A stretch of 64,000 bases of DNA from Octopus vulgaris (GCA_951406725.2 OX597830.1:8742001-8806000), one strand, 5' to 3'. Counted from the first letter of the stretch, positions 1 to 14,402 are shown. Notes: a model not told the origin generated them from the letters alone. Translations and numbers: made by a program.

Positions 1-153
1 TACATATATCCACATATATATATATAAATATATACATATATATATACATATATATATATATACATACATACATATATATATATACATATATATACATACA
101 TACATATGTATATATACACATACATATATATATATATACATATACATGGATAT

Positions 154-200
<47 letters not shown>

Positions 201-250
201 CACACACAGATATATACATACATATATATATATACATATATATATATATC

Positions 251-281
<31 letters not shown>

Positions 282-384
282 CATTTATATATATACATAC
301 ATATAATAAATATTAGGGAATAAATCCAAATTTACAGGGAAAAATCAGATTTAGGATTGAATCCAATTAATTATAGTAAAATAT

Positions 385-453
385 TATATAATATTAATTA
401 GAGACAAAACCACTATTATGCAAATCAAACATAATAGTTGTTTTTGTCTCTAA

Positions 454-466
<13 letters not shown>
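385..466. repeat. Inverted repeat (~36-bp arms) at the end of a TA-embedded insert
   Basis: TATATAATATTAATTAGAGACAAAACCACTATTATG / CATAATAGTTGTTTTTGTCTCTAATTAATATTATATA. Confidence 0.7.
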
Positions 467-493
<27 letters not shown>

Positions 494-1165
494 TCTGCCA
501 TTGTATTTCACATAGATTTGCTTATCGTATATTCATATACATACATATATATGTATATACACACCTGTACATTGTAGTGTAATAATATTTTTGTTATTGT
601 AGACAACATGCATATATGTATGCATATAATAGCATATAATATACTGTTATTATATACATACATACACACAAATGTCATAGCACATGTGTATATACAAATA
701 TACACTTACGTATGCATATATTCACACACATGTGTGTGTGTATATATATATGTGTGTGTATGTATATATATATATATATAATGTATATGCATATATATGT
801 TACGTAAGTTGCTTTATGTAAGTATGTATATGTATCTGCGTATATACATTCACACATACACATATATACATGTGTGTGTGTGTGTGCGTTTATATATATG
901 TATACAAATATATGTCCTTTTGTGCATGTATACGGCTGTTTTTTCATCTATATGTTTATATATACATACATTTATATTTATGTACACAGACATACCGGCA
1001 CACTCACACAGACAGACAGACGGATACACACACACACGCATACACACACACACACACACACACTCACACACATACACATACATACATGTACAAACAGCGT
1101 GAGTTGCCGCGATAGTAAGAACTCATTATATTACTATGTAATATAATGTGTGTGTGTGTGTGTGT

Positions 1166-1197
<32 letters not shown>

Positions 1198-1273
1198 AGT
1201 TTTTGTGGGTGCCTGTGCTTGTGCTTGTATAGACGTTTCTATGAGTGTACATTTACACAAGTTATTCAGTTTA

Positions 1274-1316
<43 letters not shown>

Positions 1317-1405
1317 TATGCACACACATACACATATATAGTGAGAGAGAGGAAGATAGACAAGTACATAAAGAAATAGATAGATAGATAGGTAGATAGA
1401 TAGAC

Positions 1406-1440
<35 letters not shown>

Positions 1441-1441
1441 C

Positions 1442-1478
<37 letters not shown>

Positions 1479-2156
1479 TTACATTTTAATTTTGGGGGCA
1501 ATTTTTCATCAGTTCTAGAGATTGAAATAATTACATTACTTGTTTTTGCTGTTGTTGTGGCAGTATCCTGTATGTTGGATATATATATGGTCCTTTTTGC
1601 CCAAGGAGAGCGGTAATGTTTGCATTGATCAATTAAATGCAGCCTCTTGAAACGGCCGTAATGCACTAATACGTGGACATCCTTGTTACTTATTTGCTTC
1701 TGATATATATATATAAATATATGACATGCATGTATGTAAGTATGTATTTGCATGTGCATGTATGCATATAATGCATACATGTGGTTATATATGCGTTTAG
1801 CCCAAAACGGAGACGAACACTAATCCTCCATATGATCCTCTTGAAAAATTACTAAGGTATTCAGATATTTTCTTAACATGAAACCAATGGTAGCCTTAAT
1901 ATACAAATAAAGAGATTCTAACCACCAATGCGGCGTTAAACACTCATCCTCATTGTTCGAAATTTACGTGTATATATATGTGTGTGTGTGTACATATGTA
2001 TATATATATAAATATATATATATATAATTATATACATATGTATATAAATGTATATATATGTGTATATATATATATGTATATATGTATATATATATATATG
2101 TATATATATATATGTATATATATATATGTATATATATATGTATATATATATGTATA

Positions 2157-2211
<55 letters not shown>

Positions 2212-2234
2212 ACATATATATATCTATATATATC

Positions 2235-2302
<68 letters not shown>

Positions 2303-2310
<8 letters not shown>

Positions 2311-2740
2311 TTAGTGAATTGAAGAAATGGAGTTGAACGAAGATTGAACAGAAATCGTTTTATTGCGAGTTTGGCCATGGGCTCTTAGGAGCCTCGTTCG
2401 ATTTGTTTTGCTCCGCCTCTGTTCTGTTTTTGTTTTTTCCAACGGATTTCCTATTTCCTCCTGAAGAGAAAGACACAATATGGTCTCCTTATTCAATCGG
2501 AATTTGGTAAATTGTGCCTTTCGAAACACGTGTAGAATGCAATAAAACGATTTCTGTTCAATCTTCGTTCAACTCCATTTCTTCAATTCACTAATAATAT
2601 TAAAATTCAATCATCCGCACCAACGCACGGTTGCAACACCATATGGTTGTACCTCCAACCGTGCTGTCTTCTGCTGTGATTTTTGCTACCAAGGTATCGG
2701 TTAAACTTTTGATTAATCTGCAACAAGATTATTCATCTTT
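2303..2740 (+). mobile_element. Penelope-like pLTR remnant with 64-bp inverted 5' segment
   Basis: Perfect inverted repeat 2303-2366 / 2539-2602 with an internal hammerhead motif, flanked by (TA)n. A related copy lies at 49633-49900. Confidence 0.6.
2456..2539 (+). ncRNA. Hammerhead-like motif, canonical core CUGAAGA, long stem II
   Basis: CTGAAGA 2461-2467; stem II GAAAGACACAAT/ATTGTGCCTTTC; GAAA 2523-2526; C-ACGT-GT-A (palindromic stem III, GUA site). Stem I is weak (2 bp). Confidence 0.6.
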
Positions 2741-2748
2741 CTATTTCA

Positions 2749-2792
<44 letters not shown>

Positions 2793-3150
2793 GTGTACAT
2801 ATATATATGTATATATATATATATGTATATATATGTATATATATATATGTATATATATATATGTACACATATATGCATATGTATATATATATATGTATTT
2901 ACACACACATACACACAAATATGTAAGAGCCAAGGATCCATGGATCGAGGTGTAGGAAGACAGTTATCTTCAAGCAGTTTGTAGTAAATATAAAAGACAA
3001 CTTTCGGGGACAGTAGTGGTTTATTGTGGTGGAAGGTTGTGGATGTTTTACTATCGAAGTATGATAAACTGGAAAAGGTTCTTTTTATATTTTACGGTAG
3101 GTGACCAGGTTTGCCGGGTATGTGAATAAGAATGCGGTAGATAAGATGCG

Positions 3151-3234
3151 GGCTACATATGTTTCATAGCGAGCAGAACCTCGGAAGTAATAAATATCCA
3201 AGTGAGGTGGAAACCGCAGATCGTTCTTCAAGCC
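3151..3234 (-). ncRNA. Hammerhead-like motif (UUGAAGA core)
   Basis: Minus strand: GGC-UUGAAGA-[interrupted stem II CGA/UCG, GCGG/CUGC, ACCUC/GAGGU]-GAAA-C-AUAU-GU-A-GCC. Confidence 0.5.
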
Positions 3235-3333
3235 AAGGATATCTTGATTAAATGAAAGTTTACATTCTCACCAAGAAGTAGATGTTAACATAAGGAAGAT
3301 TCAATCAGATTGCGCAGAGAGCACGCTAAGAGT

Positions 3334-3396
<63 letters not shown>

Positions 3397-3500
3397 TACA
3401 CACACATACTCATATATATATATACATATACACATACACACTCACATACACACACATATATACATATATATATATATTTATACATACACATACACACACA

Positions 3501-3545
<45 letters not shown>

Positions 3546-3820
3546 GACTGACTTCTGTAAGTTTCCGTCTACCAGATGCTCTCACAAGGCTTTGGTCGGC
3601 CCGAGGCTGTAGTAGAAGACACCTGCCCAAGGTGCCACGCAGCGGGACTGAACCCGGAACCATGCGGAAGGGAAACAAGCATTTTATCACGCAGTCACGC
3701 TTGAACATGTGTGTATTCTTTTATTCGCTTCGGTCATGCTGGAGTAACACCATCTTCCTTTTTGATTTCCTCATTCTGGAGTGTTTAACATCACCACTCC
3801 TGTATGTGCCTTTGTCCCAG

Positions 3821-3923
<103 letters not shown>

Positions 3924-4418
3924 TATATATATATAACCATGAGGTATATAACTTCTCGCATTGGTCCGGCTTTACTCACCTGTAACCTTCAATATATATA
4001 TACTTATATATAAGCACATACATATACATACACATGTTTGTGTGGCTGGAACATTTGTGTCTGTGTATGTATTTGAAAATAACAGAAACATCGGAGTTTC
4101 GCCACAGGTGGTTTCTTAAGCTTTACTCTTTGAAAAACTACCTCAAAATAAACATAGATGTCACTTTGATATATAGAAACGATTCAGTTTATGCAACAAA
4201 TTTAAATCCTTTTACGCGATTTATGATATATTTCACGATAGCAGGTTATAGATACACAGTGCAATGTCATTATGCGCCTACTGTCGACTGTCTTGGACAA
4301 TGGATCTGCATTCTGATGTGGGTCCTCGCAATTCTATGCACCCAGATGATGCTCAAATTTGCAACGTAATGCAGTGCGACACGCATATTCATTCTGTCAG
4401 TGCATATATGTGTACGTT

Positions 4419-4449
<31 letters not shown>

Positions 4450-4480
4450 ATGTATGTATGTATGTATGTATGTATGTATG

Positions 4481-4524
<44 letters not shown>

Positions 4525-4527
<3 letters not shown>

Positions 4528-4912
4528 TTTCTCTCTTTTACTTGTTTCAGTCATTTTGACTGCGGCCATGCTGGAGCACCGCCTTTAGTCGGGCAAATCG
4601 ACCCCGGGACTTATTCTTTGTAAGCCCAGTATTTATTCTATCGGTCTCTTTCTGCCGAACTGCTAAGTGACAGGGACGTAAACACACCAGCATCGGTTGT
4701 CAAGCAATGCTAGGGGGACAAACACAGACACACAAACACATACACACACATACATAGATTTACATATATACATATATGCGACAGGCTTCTTTCAGTTTCC
4801 GTCTACCAAATCCACTCACAAGGCATTGGTCAGCCCGGGGCTATAGCAGAAGACACTTGCCCAAGGTGCCACGCAGTAGGACTGAACACGGAACCATGTG
4901 GTTGGTTAGCAA
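4525..4912 (-). mobile_element. SINE family A
   Basis: High identity to the family A consensus. Confidence 0.85.
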
Positions 4913-5403
4913 ATACTAATATTACTTAACTTCGGATCTGGAAACCTATTTCCGCCGCAAAATGTCATTTAAAAAGTATTTATTTTAAAGAGATTTATTA
5001 GGAAACGCATTTCGAGGTTGCTATCCCCAGCACAATGGGGCGAAGTGTGGGACTCAATACTGAGCCAAACTTTTCGTTACACATCACACTGAGCCCCATA
5101 TTCTGATACATACATACAGCAATGCCTCGACTATCACGGGAGTTACGTTCCAAAACCTCCCACAGAAATAATTAAAGTCTAAAAGAATATAAATACCTAT
5201 CGGCCGCAGGAACCCGCGATATACTGAGGAGCCCGCGATATAAATTTACATATATTAGCTACAAAAATAATCCGCGTTGTACTTTTTCGCGATAGGTGAA
5301 CCGCGATGAAAAAATCCTAATTAACTGATCCTCCTGTATTTTCTCTCACCGAAAACCAGGAACTTTTCACCACACCCACGTGTGTGTGTGTGTGCGCATA
5401 TAT

Positions 5404-5441
<38 letters not shown>

Positions 5442-5495
5442 TTCGGTGCGAATAGTTTTTTATATGACGCCATTTTTACAATCTTGTAAATAATA

Positions 5496-5727
5496 ATAAT
5501 GGTATTTTTATATAAGCTTAAAGCATATAGCAATCACCGTGCAATGACTAAGGAACATAGTCTAATAAAGGGGCCTATAAGCCCTCGACAGAAAAAAGAA
5601 GGATTTCCTCCCACGTGGATAGGAAAGCCTTTTAACTATCGAGGGCTTATAAGCCCCTTTATTAGACTATTTTCCTTATTGCACGGTGATCGCCATAAGC
5701 TTTAAGCTTATATAAAAATACCATTAT
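5496..5727. repeat. Imperfect long inverted repeat (~90-bp arms)
   Basis: 5496-5588 is complementary to 5639-5727; lies between (TA)n tracts. Confidence 0.8.
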
Positions 5728-6216
5728 ATATATATATATATATATAGTGCACCGACATAGCAGAAGTCTTAATGAATGAAAAAAAGTAAAATATATATAT
5801 ATATATATATATAAGCGATCTTAAACGGAAAAGCATTTATAGGAAGATATTTGGCATTAGAGTCTGGAACTCCCAGAAAGCTATGAATAAACGGTCTCTG
5901 CTTTATGAAGTATTTTGCCCGGATTGATAATCCCTTATCAATCACTCAGTAACACATAAATACATGTGTGTGTGTGTTATTGTGTGTGGGGAGAGTCATC
6001 CTCTTTTAGTGCCTTTTTATTTAACACACTCACCGGTTCAATTTCCGCTCATTTACTTAATTATTTCTCAAATTTTCATTGCATCTTGCAACCTTTTCAG
6101 AATCGAACTGGTTTGTTAAATAATAAGGCAGAAAAAAGAAGAATGTCTCTCTCTCTCCAGACACACTAAAATATACCAATTCACATAAAGAATTTTGGAA
6201 ACCAAATACACAAACG

Positions 6217-6267
<51 letters not shown>

Positions 6268-6288
6268 GTGGCACATCGGTTCTATTTT

Positions 6289-6342
6289 AACAAAAACTGT
6301 CCGACGAACGGGAACGTGAAACTCAGAGTAACAGGTTTTGTT
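6289..6342 (+). ncRNA. Minimal type I hammerhead-like motif (CCGACGA core)
   Basis: Stem I AACAAAAACTGT/ACAGGTTTTGTT (11 of 12 pairs); CCGACGA 6301-6307; stem II ACG-GGAA-CGT; GAAA 6318-6321; stem III ACTC-A-GAGT; GUA site. Lies between two (TA)n tracts. Confidence 0.7.
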
Positions 6343-6436
6343 GAATTTCTGCTGCTTTTACATAAAGCATATTACTCTACCCCTAGTATTTGAGTACTCT
6401 TTTTTCCACCTTGTTTCACATTTATGTGTTTACACC

Positions 6437-6514
<78 letters not shown>

Positions 6515-6577
6515 TGAATCTTAGAGGTGTCTGCATCAATTTGAGAGTTTGAAAAGCGGTTATATGGCCTCCACCAT

Positions 6578-6641
6578 TAGAGTCTGACTAGTGGTCTATA
6601 AAGCTAAGCGCCTTATGGATGCGAAACCACTGGTCACTCTA
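6578..6641 (+). ncRNA. Hammerhead-like motif with degenerate core (CUGACUA)
   Basis: Stem I TAGAGT/ACTCTA; CTGACTA 6584-6590; stem II GTCTATAA(A)G/CTTATGGAT; GAAA; stem III ACCA-C-TGGT; GUC site. Confidence 0.5.
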
Positions 6642-6882
6642 TGACCGGACACATATTTTACAGCATGGAAATATATTACTGATGCATGCTTTAAAGTGTA
6701 CCTTTTTTTCGTCCATATATACATATATATATATATATTTACTCATACATACATATATATATATTACATATATAAACCCATACATACATATGTATATATA
6801 TATATACAAGCAAACAGACACACAGAAACACGCACAGACAAACTCCCGTTTATATATAGATATATATATATAATATATATAC

Positions 6883-7016
<134 letters not shown>

Positions 7017-7023
7017 CGTGTGA

Positions 7024-7054
<31 letters not shown>

Positions 7055-7540
7055 ACCTTTCTTTCCTTCCCTGAGCTAATACTTTACATGTAGCATACCT
7101 CGCGTTGTTGGTTTTTTTGGTTGTTCTTTGTTTTTTGGGATTTACTATATATATATATAGTAACGTGTATTTCACGTTATTTATTTATGTAAAGGTTTAT
7201 TATATATATATATATATGCACCAATACTCACGAACACATGTATGTATGTATACACATGCAAACACTCATGTTTCTCGTTAAGTAAATCGGGTGTTTACTT
7301 AAGAAGAAAAACATGTTGACGCTTATACTTGAAAAACCAAAATATATTAATTTTGATACATATATTTATGCATGTGTGAAGGAACGCCTATACGCATGCA
7401 CACATGCATGCGTACATACATACATACATACAGAGAATTACATATGCACATACATACATGCGTATATACATGGTATATATAATAACAGGTAGTTGGATAT
7501 ACCATTATGTATTTACGTAATGTGGGCATATACATTATGT

Positions 7541-7629
<89 letters not shown>

Positions 7630-7635
<6 letters not shown>

Positions 7636-8100
7636 CTTTTATTTGTTGCGGTCATTAGAGTGCGGCCATGCTGGGGCATCGCCTTGAAGAAATTGTAGTC
7701 GAACTAATCGACACCAGTACTCTATTTTTTTTCCTTAAACCTGCTGCTTATTCTATCGATATCTTTTGCCGAACCCCTAAGTTATGGAGACATGAACACA
7801 TCAGCACTGGTTAAGTACTGGGGTGGGGGGAACAAACAAAGACACATACACGTATATACATACATACATACATACATACATACATACATACATACATACA
7901 TACATACATACGTACATACGTACATACATACATATATAAATAAATAAATATATATATATATACTACGGTCTTCTTTCAGTTTTTCGTATACCAAATCTAC
8001 TCACTGGATTGTGGTCGGCTGGAGGCTATAGTAGAAGACACTTGTCCAAGGTGTCACGCAGTGGGACTGAACCTGGAACCATGCCGTTCTAATCACACAG
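7630..8100 (-). mobile_element. SINE family A (diverged)
   Basis: Both conserved halves are present, separated by (TACA)n. Confidence 0.75.
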
Positions 8101-8126
8101 CAAAAGATATATGTTCCGTATATATG

Positions 8127-8257
<131 letters not shown>

Positions 8258-8802
8258 ATATAAGCAGGGTTTGGGGTCTGAAAATACTTCCTATGAGCGA
8301 GAAACCCAGGGTAACCCCATAAACCGGCCTACCTCACTATAATATATAGAGAGAGATAAGATAGATAGCTATAAGCATATACATATATGTGCGTGTGGGT
8401 ATGCGTCTATGTGTATTTAATGTGTCCACTGTGTGTGTGTTTTGTGCGTGTGTGTATGAGTGCAAGTGTGTGTGTATATATAAACATCGAAAATATTCGA
8501 TTCGTATGAGTTGGAACCTTTGACGAAATTTATCAGACATTCTTCAGATACGAAGTCAAACACACACACGCACAGAAACACACACGGAGCCTCAGTACAC
8601 TCACACACACATATGCATATACACACATATATAGATACAGATAGCAACGTAGACCGATAGACAGACAGATAGAGAGAGATAGATGGATAGACAGATAGAT
8701 TGACATATATATATATATAAATATATATATATGTGTGTGTGTGTGTGTATAGATGTATGTGCGTGTATGTGTGTGTGTGGTTGCGTGTATATATATATAT
8801 AT

Positions 8803-8996
8803 ACTCTTTTACTTGTTTCAGTCATTTGACTGTGGCCATGCTGGAGCACCGCCTTTAGTCGAGTAAATCGACCCCAGGACTTATTCTTTGTAAGCCTAGT
8901 ACTTATTTTATCGGTCTCTTTTGCCGAACTGCTAAGTTACGGGGACGTAAACACACCAGCATCGGTTGTCAAGTGATGTTAGGAGGACAAACACAG

Positions 8997-9037
<41 letters not shown>

Positions 9038-9343
9038 CGACAGGAGTGGCTGTGTGGTAAGCAGCTTCCGTTTACCAATCCACATGGTTCACAAGGCTTT
9101 GGTCGGCCCGAGGCTATAGTAGAAGACACTTGCCCAAGGTGCCGACCAAAGCCTTGTGAGTGGATTTGGTAGACGGAAACTGAAAGAACCTGTCGTATAT
9201 ATGTATATATATGTATATATGTGTGCGTGTATGTTTGTGTTTGTTCCCCTAGCATTGCTTGACAACCGATGCTGGTGTGCTTATGTCCCCGTTACTTAGC
9301 GGCTCGGCAAAAGGACCGGGCTTACAAAGAATAAGTCCCGGGG

Positions 9344-9347
<4 letters not shown>
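8803..9347. mobile_element. Rearranged SINE family A composite (minus 3' half plus plus-strand copy)
   Basis: 8803-9000 minus; 9036-9347 mostly plus, with an internal inverted piece at ~9071-9142. Confidence 0.75.
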
Positions 9348-9389
<42 letters not shown>

Positions 9390-9848
9390 GAGAGATAGGG
9401 AAGATGATATATATATATACAAAAGATAAGATAGATAGATAGATCGATGGTTAGATAGATAGACTATTAATAAACAGACAGATAAACAGATAAAGAAAGA
9501 GAATCAGAGAGACAGTGACTGAAAACAAATTGACAGACAGACTGACAGGTAGGTATGTAAAAGCTACACCTTGATGCAACATGTTCTGAGGAATATGGTT
9601 AAACCACTTGGAATTAAAGAATTCAAAGTATTAGGATTAAGTGTAAATACATATTCCATTTAAGCGTGAGTGCAACATAAATCGTTTTGTTTCGTCCGAT
9701 TAGTTAAGGACAGAGAGATAACGATTCAAATAAGTAGATTGCGGAGAAAATGACAGATATACAAACAGATAGACAAATGGCTCTATAGATAGACACATAA
9801 CCCTATAGATTGATAGATAATTGGATTGATGTATATTTTGATAGACTG

Positions 9849-9923
<75 letters not shown>

Positions 9924-10023
9924 AAGTTAATCCAAACATGAAAACACAAAGAGAAAACACAACAACGCAAGGACGTGGAACAAATATAGTATTATTGGAT
10001 GCTCAGGAAGGAAGTGAAGAAGG

Positions 10024-10058
10024 GTTTAACGTTTCGAGCGGAGCTCTTCGTCGGAAAC
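10024..10058 (-). ncRNA. Minimal hammerhead-like motif (CCGACGA core), sense to engrailed pre-mRNA
   Basis: Minus strand: GUUU-CCGACGA-A-GAGC-UCC-GCUC-GAAA-CGU-U-AAAC, within a TA-flanked repeat at ~9925-10140. Confidence 0.65.
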
Positions 10059-10136
10059 ATAGGAGAAGGAAAGATCCAGAGAAGGGAAGACAGAGGAAAA
10101 AAAATCGCCAACGGTACACACGCGGTCACATTTTGA

Positions 10137-10202
<66 letters not shown>

Positions 10203-10346
10203 AAGAATTCGTGAAGTAGATTCAATAGCATTTACATCAATACAGTAAATGACATCAGGTAGCCATAGACACGGAACGTGCTTTAAACAGCATACTAGCA
10301 GGTGTCTACCCAAGGCTTCAATAACTTCGTGTGTATATATATATGT

Positions 10347-10425
<79 letters not shown>

Positions 10426-10612
10426 TTAATATACACATATAGATGTCACAACATCGGTAAAAAAATTTGAAAAGAAAATGCGAAACCGGTTATTTCTCCC
10501 AAAAAAATGTCACTGTACATAAAATTTTATAACATTTTACTAACATGACGACTTTAATATATTTTTTTATCATGTAATACAAACCTTCTGTAGTTTTTTC
10601 GTTCTATTTTGT

Positions 10613-10644
<32 letters not shown>

Positions 10645-10944
10645 CACACACAGAGAAAGAAAAATAAATGGCTAGCTAGCAGATTGACAACAGATAAAAA
10701 GATACATTTATGCATAGACATAGGTATATTGACGAATATCCGCCAACTTATCGATAACATCGCAGAGATGGACTCAACGGGAGCTTGACAATTGACAGAT
10801 TAAGAAATAGGTGGACAGACTGTCAGCCAGACATGCATCTGGTATATAGAATGACTACAAGAAAAGGAAAAAGAATGAGAGAGAGAGAGGTGGAGAGGGA
10901 GGGAAAGCGGGAGAGGGAGATTTAATAATGGCTGTTATTCTCAC

Positions 10945-12943
10945 CTGATGACGGTCTGTCCGAATACCTGGTGCAGTAGACCCAAGCAGGCCACACCAGG
11001 GGCGGGTCGCCACTGCTGGCAAAAGATCTAATCCTTTCTGGGACAGTTGTCCGGTCGATATTATCAACGTCCGTGGATTCTTTGGTCGTACGATGACCAT
11101 TGGCAATGCCGCTCGGGGAATACGACGACACATTATTGGGTTGGCGTAAAAAATTAGTACTTCCGGTCACTTCCTGAGTTTCTCCGCGCTTCTCCCTATT
11201 GTTCTTTACTTCCTCTTCACCCTCCCTCTCTCCTCCTCCTCCTCCTTCTGCTTCGTCGTCATCGTCATCATCCTCATCATCGTCAACATCATCAACATTA
11301 GCACCGCTACCACCTTCATCCCCACCGCCGTCACCTTCGATTTCTGTCCCTTGTTTTTGTTGTTGCTGCTGTTGATGAGGGTGGCGGCGACGGTGATTGT
11401 GATGATGAGGATGATGATGATGATGATGAAGGAAAATTTCGTTCTGTTGTGAGGTCTTTGATTTAGTCTGTTGTTGTTGTTGATGAAGATGATGATGATT
11501 GTTATAAGGTTGTTGTTGTATGTGTTGTTCCTCTTCTCCATGTTGTTTTTGTCGTTGTTGTTGTTGTTGCTGCTGCTGCTGCTGCAATCGAAAGGCGATA
11601 TAATGGTGGTTAACTCTGTTGTTGTTGTTGCTGATGTTGCTGTTGTGGTTGTTGTCATTGACGACCACAACGCTGCCATCATACTGGTTGTCATGGCGAC
11701 CGCCGGTCTCGTGCAGCCGCTGGTGGTGACGTGACGTTTGTCCTCTCTGACGAGGGCGCTGACCAGCGCCAGAGATCACCGCCGCCAACTGCCGGACGCC
11801 GTCACCTCCTCCACTACCATCACCACCACCGCCACCACCACCGTCGCCGGTGCCGCCCCCGCCTCCGCCTCCGCTATTGCAACAACCTTCGTAGACACAG
11901 GAATCGTACAGGCTGCCATAGTATTGATAATGATGTAGTTGTTGACTGTTGTGATTGCTATCGTTGTCGTGTTTCTGTTCTAGTTGATGATGATGATGAT
12001 GGTTATTATTGTTGTTGTTGTTGTTGTTGTTGTTATTGCTTGTATTGTGACACTGTTGTATTTGTTGTTGTTGTTGTTGCTGTTGCAGTTGTTGTTGTTC
12101 CTCGTATCTGAAATGGTGCGATTGTGAGAGAGAGCGAGAGAGAAGAAGCTGCGAGGGCGCGAACGGCACGACTAGTTTCCCAGGTTGAAACCTGTTATGG
12201 AACTGAATAGCAGCGCAGCAATTGATGAGCGGAGCTGGTGAGGCACGCACGGCCGACAGCGCCGATAATCCGGTCAGACCCGACAACGCAGACAGACTCG
12301 ATAAACCGGAAAATCCGCTAAGATCTGGCGTTAATCCGGATAAAGACGCTGAAGGAAATCCCGACGTGGCGAACGGGACAACAGTGGGTGTCCCTGTGAT
12401 TGAAGTAAATCCGGAATCGTTATAATTCGGTGTTATAACTGTAACTCCTGTATTTGAGGTTAATCCACGCACATTTTCAACACTCGTTAATCCGAATTCC
12501 GGTTTCAAAATCTCGTCGATCGTAAATTTGGTATTTGTGGCCGAAGTGACGATTGCATTGCATTGATGTCCAGGTTCGAGCACAGCTGGTTCCGAAGGCG
12601 AAAGCGAAGAAGGAGAAGAATGGTCCGGAACACTCCGTAGTCGACGTTGGTTCTTACTGACCAATAGAGGCGTTGGCGATGACGACGATGATGACAACGA
12701 TGGTGATGATGTTGGCGTTGGTTGTGTTGTTGTTGGTGGTGGTTGTGGTGGCGGTGATGTCGATGGCGTCGGTGGTGGTCGTGGTGGTGGTGGCGGTGGA
12801 AGTACTATTGCTGCTGCTGTTGGTGTTGTTGCTGCTGTTGGTGTTGCTGTTGGTGACGACGACGGCGAACTACAATGTGCTGTGTCGTCCGTCATCACTT
12901 CGCCATCTCTTGTTCCGGTATGTTTTGCTTCCGTATCATTCAT
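10945..12943 (-). CDS. en: Engrailed-family homeobox transcription factor, first coding exon (666 codons + 1 nt); homeodomain exon not in window
   Basis: The ORF contains the EH1 Groucho-binding motif TKFTIDEILKPEFG (~12491-12532) and EH2 PLVWPAWVYCTRYSDRPSSG. These are followed by donor CAG|GTGAGA (intron starts 10944) inside the Gly codon, the conserved engrailed intron position. An in-frame TAG at 12971-12973 lies upstream of the ATG. Confidence 0.93.
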
Positions 12944-12959
12944 CTCAGTCAGGCGTGAC

Positions 12960-14065
12960 TGCTGCCTCTGCTACTGCTGCTGCCGCTGCCGCTGCCACTG
13001 CTGCTGCCGCTGCTGCTGCTGTTGTTGCTGCTGCTGCTGCTACTGTTGTTGTCGTTATCGTTGTTGTTATTACAGTTGCTACCGCTTCAACTATTGCAGT
13101 TGTGGTTGTAGCTACCGTGGTGGTGGTGGTGGTGGTGGTGGTGGTATTGGCTAATGTTGTAGTGTCACCACCTGCAATCAACATCAACATATCCAGTCAC
13201 TGTTGTGGTTGTGGCTGCAGTTTCCATGGTAATGCTATTGGTGTTGTTGTTGTAATAGTAGAGACGTTGAAAGCGGTTCTGGTGGTATTGATGGTAGTGG
13301 TAGTAGTAGTAGTAGTAGTAGTAATGGTGGCAGTGGTGGTGGTAGTGGTTGCGGTAGTGGTGGCGATCGTTGTGGTGGTCGTTGTGGTGGTCGTTGTGGT
13401 TATGGTGATAGCGGTGGTGGTGGTAGTAGTAGTGGTTGTGGTTGCGGTGGAGGTGTTGGTGTTGGTGGTGGTAATGATTGTGGTGGTGGTGGTGGTGACG
13501 ATAATGGTGGCGGTGGCGGTGGACGTTATGTTCTTCGTGGTGTTGTTGACAGTAGTAATGATGATGATGAGTGTTGTTGTTGTTACTGCTGATGTCGTAA
13601 TGGTGTTGACAGCAGTGGTGGTGGTTGTAGTGGTGGCGGCGGCAGTTGTGGTGGTGGTGGTGGTGGTGGTGGTGGTGGTGGTGGTAGTAGTGGTGGTGGT
13701 GGTGGTGGTGGTGGTGCTGATGATGACGGCACCACTGCTGTGGCTGCGTCTGCTGCTACCAATGTTGATTGTGATGATGATGATGACGATGATGATGATG
13801 GCATCTGTTATACACAGAACCTACACAAAAACGATACGGTGGGGGGGAGTGGGTGGAGGAATCGAACGCGTTAAAGGTGTCGTCGATGACGTCACTGCAT
13901 GGGCTCCACCTCGTCACCACATCTTAGCACTGCTGTGACGTCACTTTCACACATGACGTCAACCTCACCTCCGCCACCGCCTCCTTCATCTTACAAAATA
14001 CCGTCTTCTTCTTCACGGACACTCTCTTCGCTGCCGTTGTTGTTGTTCCTGTTGTTGTTGTTGTT

Positions 14066-14096
<31 letters not shown>

Positions 14097-14351
14097 TCAT
14101 TGCTGTTTTCGTTGATGTTGTTGTTGTTATAACCACTGCTGTTATTATTGTATTGGTTGTTGTTGTCGTCGTTGTTAATGATGATGATGATGATGATAAC
14201 GCAGTCGTTGTAGATATCACTGCTGCTGCTGGTGGTGGTGCTGGTGGTGCTGCTGCTGTTGTTGTTGTTGTTGTTGATATCACATGTTACTCGTTCGTGT
14301 CCAACACCAGCCAGTCGCTCTGGCTCTGGTTATTTTCTCGTTTGCTAAAAC

Positions 14352-14402
<51 letters not shown>

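Noticed and set aside
1853-1898. Hammerhead-like GAAACCA-A-TGGTA with TAAGGT/GCCTTA stem
   Set aside because: The core reads ATTCAGA and stem II is poor; at best a decayed copy.
10922-10944. ORF tail ENNSHY* after RPSSG
   Set aside because: Read-through into the intron past the conserved GTGAGA donor.
12673-13938. 421-aa poly-Val ORF on the plus strand
   Set aside because: It is antisense to engrailed and its upstream triplet repeats; the stop-free frame is a by-product of GTG/GTT repeats.
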